DNA of 64,000 nucleotides from an uncultured Lentimicrobium sp. (GTDB lineage Bacteria; Bacteroidota; Bacteroidia; Bacteroidales; Lentimicrobiaceae): NCBI GenBank assembly GCA_964547915.1, contig CAZJPP010000014.1, positions 1,426 to 65,425 of the forward strand, read 5' to 3'. Shown piece by piece: positions 58,920 to 64,000 of this stretch (position 1 is its first letter; each line of letters starts with the position of its first letter). The notes under the pieces were generated by a model. It saw only the letters and a program-made list of their open reading frames with translations, ran no database searches and was not told where the DNA came from. The position numbers and the translations under genes were made by a program.

Positions 58920-59534
58920 TTAGTAGTTTGTCTGTTCCATTTCAAAATATGCCATAGGATGGCTGCAAACGGGGCAGTTCTTAAGTGCCTTCTTACCTTT
59001 ATAATGATAACCGCACTTACGGCAAACCCATACCACTTCCTCATCTTTCTCGAAAACTTTATTTTCGTTAAGATTTTTAAGAAGAGCGAGATAACGTTTT
59101 TCATGCTCTGCTTCAACCGTTGCTATAAGCTTAAAAGCAGTAGCTATTTTCTTAAAACCTTCTTTTTCAGCTGTGGCAGCGAACTGAGGATAAAGCAGTT
59201 CATGCTCTTCATTCTCACCTTCAGCAGCAGCCGAAAGATTATCAGCAGTATTACTTACTACACCTGCCGGGTATGAAGCTGTAATTTCAACCATTCCACC
59301 TTCGAGGTAACTGAAGAATGTTTTTGAATGCATATCTTCTTGATTTGCTGTTTCTTCAAAAAAAGCTGCTATCTGTTCATAACCATCTTCCCTTGCCTGT
59401 TTGGCGAAAAGTCTGTAGCGACGGGCCGCTTGCGATTCACCTGCAAAACTCTTCAACAAATTCTGTTCAGTAAGAGTTCCCTTAATCGACTTTTTTTCTG
59501 TAACTTCTTGAACTTCTGATTTTAACATATTCAT
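58920..59534 (-). CDS. rbr: Rubrerythrin
   Basis: FAGESQA, EETANQEDMH, EGENEEH, EAEHEKRY diiron motifs; C-terminal rubredoxin domain CRKCG...CPVC. Confidence 0.95.
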   Translation of the reverse strand: MNMLKSEVQEVTEKKSIKGTLTEQNLLKSFAGESQAARRYRLFAKQAREDGYEQIAAFFEETANQEDMHSKTFFSYLEGGMVEITASYPAGVVSNTADNLSAAAEGENEEHELLYPQFAATAEKEGFKKIATAFKLIATVEAEHEKRYLALLKNLNENKVFEKDEEVVWVCRKCGYHYKGKKALKNCPVCSHPMAYFEMEQTNY

Positions 59535-59559
59535 TCCTTTAGATGTTATTACTTTATGA

Positions 59560-59567
59560 CAAAGTTA
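59560..59567 (-). promoter_or_regulatory. -7 element (TAACTTTG on the minus strand) for rbr
   Basis: CAAAGTTA on the + strand, 25 nt upstream of the rbr ATG. Confidence 0.6.
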
Positions 59568-59686
59568 CAGATTATGGTTTAATGTATAGATAATTATGTA
59601 AGAAATTATTGCAATTGTGTAATGTTTAAACGGTATTGATGAGCGAATTTTGTATTTCCGCTTAAAACATCTTGCATATGCCACCG

Positions 59687-59968
59687 ATGATGGATAAAAT
59701 AATCGAGGTAAATAATCAGAGCAGGGGACTCTTCTTGTCGACCCGCGAAGATTATGTGCATAAAATAGAGAGATTGGTGCGGATGATAACTGAAAAGTAC
59801 CCTGAAGTATCAGAGTCACAGGAATTTTCAACCTTGAATTGCTTATACGACAGGGGTTCATTACATGAATTAAGTGATTTCTACGAACACTTATATCAGA
59901 AAGTTAAAGAACTAAATATACCCTCCTACAGACCCCATTGGGTATTCAGGACAAGTTTTTATTCATGA
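59687..59968 (+). CDS. Small hypothetical helical protein
   Basis: Open frame from TTG 59672 / ATG 59687 to 59968 filling the intergenic gap and followed by a terminator. Confidence 0.6.
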   Translation: MMDKIIEVNNQSRGLFLSTREDYVHKIERLVRMITEKYPEVSESQEFSTLNCLYDRGSLHELSDFYEHLYQKVKELNIPSYRPHWVFRTSFYS

Positions 59969-59987
59969 TTGGTTGTTAGGTTGCATG

Positions 59988-60017
59988 AAAAGGGAAGAGT
60001 GGTTTCTTCCCTTTTTT
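59988..60017 (+). terminator. Intrinsic terminator, immediately followed by a -7 element (TACCTTTG, 60022-60029)
   Basis: AAAAGGGAAGA-gtggtt-TCTTCCCTTTTTT. Confidence 0.75.
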
Positions 60018-60046
60018 CTTTTACCTTTGACTGAAAATAGGTAAGA

Positions 60047-61078
60047 ATGATTTCTCCGCCTCCATTAAAACCGGGTGATAAAATTGGCATCGCTGCTCCG
60101 GCCCGGAAGGTATCTCCACAGGAACTCGAAGCTTCAATAAAAACTTTTGAATCATGGGGTTTAACGGTAATTTTGCCCTCTTACATTTACGCTTCAAACA
60201 ATCAATATGCCGGCACTGATGAACAAAGAGCTGCCGATATGCAATCTCTTCTCGACAATCCTGATATTAACGCCATAATATGCGCCAGAGGTGGTTACGG
60301 ACTTGTTAGGATAATTGACTTACTTGATTTTACAAAGTTCCGCGAAAATCCCAAATGGATTGTTGGTTATAGCGACATAACCATCCTTCATTCCTTTATA
60401 CAGAAGAACCTCGAAATTGAGACACTTCATGCAATTATGCCCATCAACTTCAACAGTTCATCACTTGAAGTGAAAAACTCTGTTGAGGAACTCAGGAGGG
60501 CACTTTTTGGAGAAAAGCTGTCGTATGATTTCCCCGCTAATGACCTCAACAGAAAAGGCTTTGCCAAAGGCATTTTAACCGGCGGCAATTTGTCTATACT
60601 CTATAGCCAGTCGGGCACCAATGCTGATCCGGACACGACAGGTAAAGTACTTTTTATTGAAGATCTCGATGAATACCTGTACCACATTGACCGGATGATG
60701 ATGAACCTGAAGAGGAACGGCAAACTCGACAATCTGGCTGCTTTACTTGTAGGTGGAATGACTGAAATGCATGATAATGAGGTGCCATTTGGTAAGAGTG
60801 CTGAAGAAATAATATCTGATGCCGTTAAAGAATACTCATATCCTGTTATTTTCGGAGTACCCTCAGGGCATCAGGATAAAAACCTGCCACTTCTAATGGG
60901 TCGCGAGGTAACAGTTGACTCCGGTATTTCAACTTCATCAATTACATTCAACGAGCCGGCTCCAACAAACAGCTACAAACGATTAAAAAACCTGCTCAAA
61001 CCGGTACTGTACATTGTAGGGGGATTCTTACTGCTTTATCTTCTGTATTCTCTGCTATTGGGTCAATTAACATTATAG
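60047..61078 (+). CDS. S66-family LD-carboxypeptidase with a C-terminal hydrophobic tail
   Basis: ARGGYG, catalytic GYSDIT, GGNLS, FIEDLDE, PSGH. Confidence 0.93.
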   Translation: MISPPPLKPGDKIGIAAPARKVSPQELEASIKTFESWGLTVILPSYIYASNNQYAGTDEQRAADMQSLLDNPDINAIICARGGYGLVRIIDLLDFTKFRENPKWIVGYSDITILHSFIQKNLEIETLHAIMPINFNSSSLEVKNSVEELRRALFGEKLSYDFPANDLNRKGFAKGILTGGNLSILYSQSGTNADPDTTGKVLFIEDLDEYLYHIDRMMMNLKRNGKLDNLAALLVGGMTEMHDNEVPFGKSAEEIISDAVKEYSYPVIFGVPSGHQDKNLPLLMGREVTVDSGISTSSITFNEPAPTNSYKRLKNLLKPVLYIVGGFLLLYLLYSLLLGQLTL

Positions 61079-61079
61079 A

Positions 61080-61445
61080 ATGGCCAGGCACAATAAGACG
61101 GGCGACAAGGGAGAAGAGCTGGCACTTGAATATCTGGAAGAAAGAGGATACACAGTACTGGAGACTAACTGGCACTATCGGAGACTGGAAATAGATATCA
61201 TAGCAATAAACGAGACTTTTTTAATCATAGTTGAGGTAAAAACGCGCAGTAACGATAAATACGGACTTCCCGAAGAGTCGGTAAAGAGAGAAAAACAAAT
61301 ACAGTTAATAAAGGCAGCGCAGCATTATACAACAAGGTTCAGGATCCAACAGGAAGTACGTTTTGATATAATATCTGTAATCCTATCACCGGAGCAACCC
61401 AAAATCGAACATATCGAGAATGCATTTACACCGGGGTGGTACTAA
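61080..61445 (+). CDS. yraN: YraN-family (UPF0102) protein
   Basis: GDKGEELALEYL, NWHYRRLEIDII, VEVKTR, RFDIISV, HIENAF. Confidence 0.93.
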   Translation: MARHNKTGDKGEELALEYLEERGYTVLETNWHYRRLEIDIIAINETFLIIVEVKTRSNDKYGLPEESVKREKQIQLIKAAQHYTTRFRIQQEVRFDIISVILSPEQPKIEHIENAFTPGWY

Positions 61446-61510
61446 ATTTTAATTGGATATTGATTGAATATAAACTGGATCTGGCTCTGGTTTTAAACCG
61501 CGTCTTGTTT

Positions 61511-61592
61511 GGTACAGATCTGCAAAAAATGCAGATCCTATGTAGATCTGTACCCTTTCAAGGGCTGTGTTAATGTAGATCTATATGAAAGG
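61511..61592. repeat. Nested inverted repeats in the yraN-usp intergenic region
   Basis: GGTACAGATCTGCA (61511-61524) pairs with TGTAGATCTGTACC (61541-61554); internal GATCTGCA-A5-TGCAGATC; CCTTTCA (61554-61560) pairs with TGAAAGG (61586-61592). Confidence 0.7.
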
Positions 61593-61622
61593 AATATCAA
61601 ATGAAGCACCAGTTCGTTCAGC

Positions 61623-62756
61623 TTAACCACCATTTGCCTTAACTATAAAAAGTGGTCGGTTAATACGCTGCATAATCATTCGGGTTACACTTGGCGAGAA
61701 AAATCTGTTTAAAGCTCCCCTGGTATGATTTGTAAGCGCTACCACTTCTATGTCATTATTTCGCATATAACATTCGAGGCCGTTTATCACATCATCACTA
61801 ACAACAATTTTATACTTAACCGGGTATTTGGCAAATTCAGATGACAGGAATTTCTTCAACAGATCCATTTTGGGTTTATCCCATGCCTTTTTAACTCCAA
61901 TGCTAACATGTACAATATGAAGTGTCGGCTTAAAAGGATTCATCATATCAATCAGTCTGCTGAGGGCAATCTGATCATAATTATCGAAATCGGTAGCATA
62001 AAGCACATTCTTAAGCTTGTTAATAGTCGTCAGCTTAGAACTTTCAGGAACTGCAATAACCGGAACGGTAGATTTAGCGACCACTTTAACAGCCATACTT
62101 CCAAAAAGGCCTTCCGATTGATGCCCCATACCTTTTGAACCCATTATCACCAGCCCCGGTTTATATCGTCTGCAGGTAGCCAGGATTTCTTCATCAGCAA
62201 GTCCGTTTGCAAGAGAGGAGATAATCTTTAATTTATTGCGGGAATTCTCGGCCATTTTTCTTGCTTCATGAACGAGACCTGAAAGCTGCTTTCGGGCATT
62301 TTGCTCAATTTCATGTAGATATCTCGTAAGATTTATCTGATAAGTATGACTGGTATCAAAAGGAGCAACATCGAGCACAGGATTATAATATACATGAAGA
62401 AGTTTAATTTCGGCTTTAAGTTCATCGGCAAGAGAAATTGCAAGCTTAACAGCTCTGAGAGAAGCATCAGAGAAATCAACAGGTACCAGGATGCGTCTGG
62501 CTGTATGCATTGCTTTAACAGCCTTTTCCTTCTGCTTCCCCGACTCTTCCTTATAGAGTTCAATAAGTCGCAGTGCCTTTTCAACATCCGATTCTCTTAC
62601 CTTAATTTCAACGCCCATGGCCACAGCAGCCTGAAGCAGATTCTGATGAGCAAGGAAGCAATCTATACCTTCAGACTGAAGCCTGGATTGCAACAATAAA
62701 GCCCTATTGTTGGGAAAACGTGCAATTGTGATTATTCTGTCGGTTAAAGTTTCCAT
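61623..62756 (-). CDS. Universal stress protein: N-terminal DUF2007-like domain and two USP domains
   Basis: LQSRLQSEGI...VEIKVRESDVEKA; ILVPVDFSDAS; LVIMGSKG; VLYATDF; FFSPSVTR. Confidence 0.9.
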   Translation of the reverse strand: METLTDRIITIARFPNNRALLLQSRLQSEGIDCFLAHQNLLQAAVAMGVEIKVRESDVEKALRLIELYKEESGKQKEKAVKAMHTARRILVPVDFSDASLRAVKLAISLADELKAEIKLLHVYYNPVLDVAPFDTSHTYQINLTRYLHEIEQNARKQLSGLVHEARKMAENSRNKLKIISSLANGLADEEILATCRRYKPGLVIMGSKGMGHQSEGLFGSMAVKVVAKSTVPVIAVPESSKLTTINKLKNVLYATDFDNYDQIALSRLIDMMNPFKPTLHIVHVSIGVKKAWDKPKMDLLKKFLSSEFAKYPVKYKIVVSDDVINGLECYMRNNDIEVVALTNHTRGALNRFFSPSVTRMIMQRINRPLFIVKANGG

Positions 62757-63172
62757 AGTACTCCATTTTAGAATAACATTTTACAAGGATTAACAACCCT
62801 ATGCAATATACGAAAAAAGACAACACAATCCAAGAATGCAAAGCATAAAATTTCAAAGGCAGTTGGTTCGAAGCATTATGAGCAGGTATTATTTCAGCAT
62901 TAAATATCTGAATGAAAATGTGCCTTATGCATGAATCAGGATATAGTTCAATTATAATCCTTCAGAGTAGTGACGGCTTATGATTTAGAGTCATTATAAA
63001 TAACGTCATAAAACTCTAATTATCATTCACATAACTATGTTAATTAAATAGTTATACTATTTTTTTTCAAAATCATGTATTACCTTTCTTTGAAATTCGG
63101 ATTAAATTAGTAGGCAATTATGAAAATCTTTTACATGATAAATTAAATTTTTAACCAACACCAAACAAATAA

Positions 63173-64000
63173 ATGAAAACACCACTTTATCTTTTGCTCG
63201 GTATTGCATTAATGATTTCAGCATGCAAGAAAGAACCTGTAATTTCTGATTCTAAAGCAGGTATAAGCGATGAAAAGGTCTCATCACTTGTAAGAAACTT
63301 TAAAAAAACCGGCTCATCCGGACTAAAATCAACCTGGGAAGTATCTCCCGACAGTGCAATTTGGTATCTGGGAGCGACAGCTAATTACACTTACGGAGAC
63401 GCCTCCCGCGAAACAGAAAACACCTGGACAGATACTTGCTTCTTTGCAATTCCAATAGTAAATGAAAAAGTAACTGTATCCGTGTTATATAATAAATACA
63501 TTGAGCTTATTGATAAGCTCAGAGATATGTACCATTCAAGAAATGAAGAGAATAAACAATTGCTGGCTGTTTCAGTTAAAACATCCAACTATAATACTGA
63601 TACGCTTGTCTGTATGGCTACAGCTACTTTTGCATATGGGCCTATTCTAGTTTCATGTGTCTTCAATAATACAGACTATTGGTCTTTTTGGAAATATTAC
63701 GGGAACGGGGGTATTTGCGATGGACCAAATTCAGGAACTCATCCCGAGAGTGACGCAGCCGAAGAAACACAGAAAAGAATTATGGCATGTAAAGGCGTTC
63801 CTATGGGTAACTATTATTATGATAGCGTTATTGTTAAAGAAATCATTGATCCGCTAAAGTTCCCAATTGACCCTACCTTTAATACGCCGGTAAGCAATGA
63901 CCGCTACTCACATCTGTATTGGAATAGTAGCCAATACCCAAATTTTGATGGGTGCATTTCGCCTGTTGATTTGAATTTCTATCTGACCAAGACCAAAGAA
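63173..64000 (+). CDS. Hypothetical lipoprotein, 3'-truncated by the window edge (not in the ORF track)
   Basis: ATG at 63173, open through base 64000 (276 codons, translated by hand without a stop): MKTPLYLLLGIALMISAC-KKE lipobox, then ...SGLKS...PDSAIWYLGATANYTYGD... Confidence 0.85.
   Translation, partial: MKTPLYLLLGIALMISACKKEPVISDSKAGISDEKVSSLVRNFKKTGSSGLKSTWEVSPDSAIWYLGATANYTYGDASRETENTWTDTCFFAIPIVNEKVTVSVLYNKYIELIDKLRDMYHSRNEENKQLLAVSVKTSNYNTDTLVCMATATFAYGPILVSCVFNNTDYWSFWKYYGNGGICDGPNSGTHPESDAAEETQKRIMACKGVPMGNYYYDSVIVKEIIDPLKFPIDPTFNTPVSNDRYSHLYWNSSQYPNFDGCISPVDLNFYLTKTKE

Noticed and set aside
59570-59640. Fur/PerR-like box upstream of rbr
   Set aside because: The region is AT-rich but has no convincing dyad matching either consensus.
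61623-62756. DUF2007-USP-USP fusion as a novelty
   Set aside because: I recall this architecture as the usual Bacteroidales USP form.
1-64000. CRISPR arrays, tRNA/rRNA genes, prophage, integrase or IS elements
   Set aside because: I saw no regularly spaced direct repeats, cloverleaf-compatible sequences or recombinase/transposase ORFs; a tRNAscan-SE/Infernal run would be the definitive check.

Overview
A 64 kb chromosomal window from a Bacteroidales-type genome. The lineage call rests on TAnnTTTG -7 promoters, type IX secretion (T9SS) C-terminal domains and porZ. The gene set (rubrerythrin, many secreted proteases) suggests an anaerobic, proteolytic organism; finer taxonomy is not determined. 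The flanks are mostly housekeeping genes: serS, rsmA, thiL, uvrC, ppk2, polA and a ROK kinase on the left; lysS, recO, porZ, an ECF sigma factor, rbr, an LD-carboxypeptidase, yraN and a USP on the right. Two blocks stand out. (1) At 14.2-36.2 kb there is an array of six T9SS-secreted proteins. These are three C25 gingipain-family proteases (one clearly Arg-gingipain-like), an Asp-box propeller protein, a subtilase and a close homolog of Porphyromonas peptidylarginine deiminase (PPAD) with all catalytic and C-terminal-Arg-binding residues. A cytoplasmic hybrid kinase and a sigma-54 activator sit in the middle, with a sigma-54 promoter in front of the Rgp-like gene. (2) At 45.9-53.2 kb there is a six-gene complex-I/group-4-hydrogenase-related (Ehr) operon. 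Its large subunit lacks the Ni ligands, and its small subunit has lost all four proximal Fe-S cysteines and one of the two ferredoxin clusters. Two real ORFs are missing from the supplied track: a 35-aa basic protein at 9408-9515 and a lipoprotein starting at 63173 that runs off the window. I saw no rRNA, tRNA, CRISPR array, integrase or transposase. Family assignments come from motif recognition and recalled reference sequences, not database searches.
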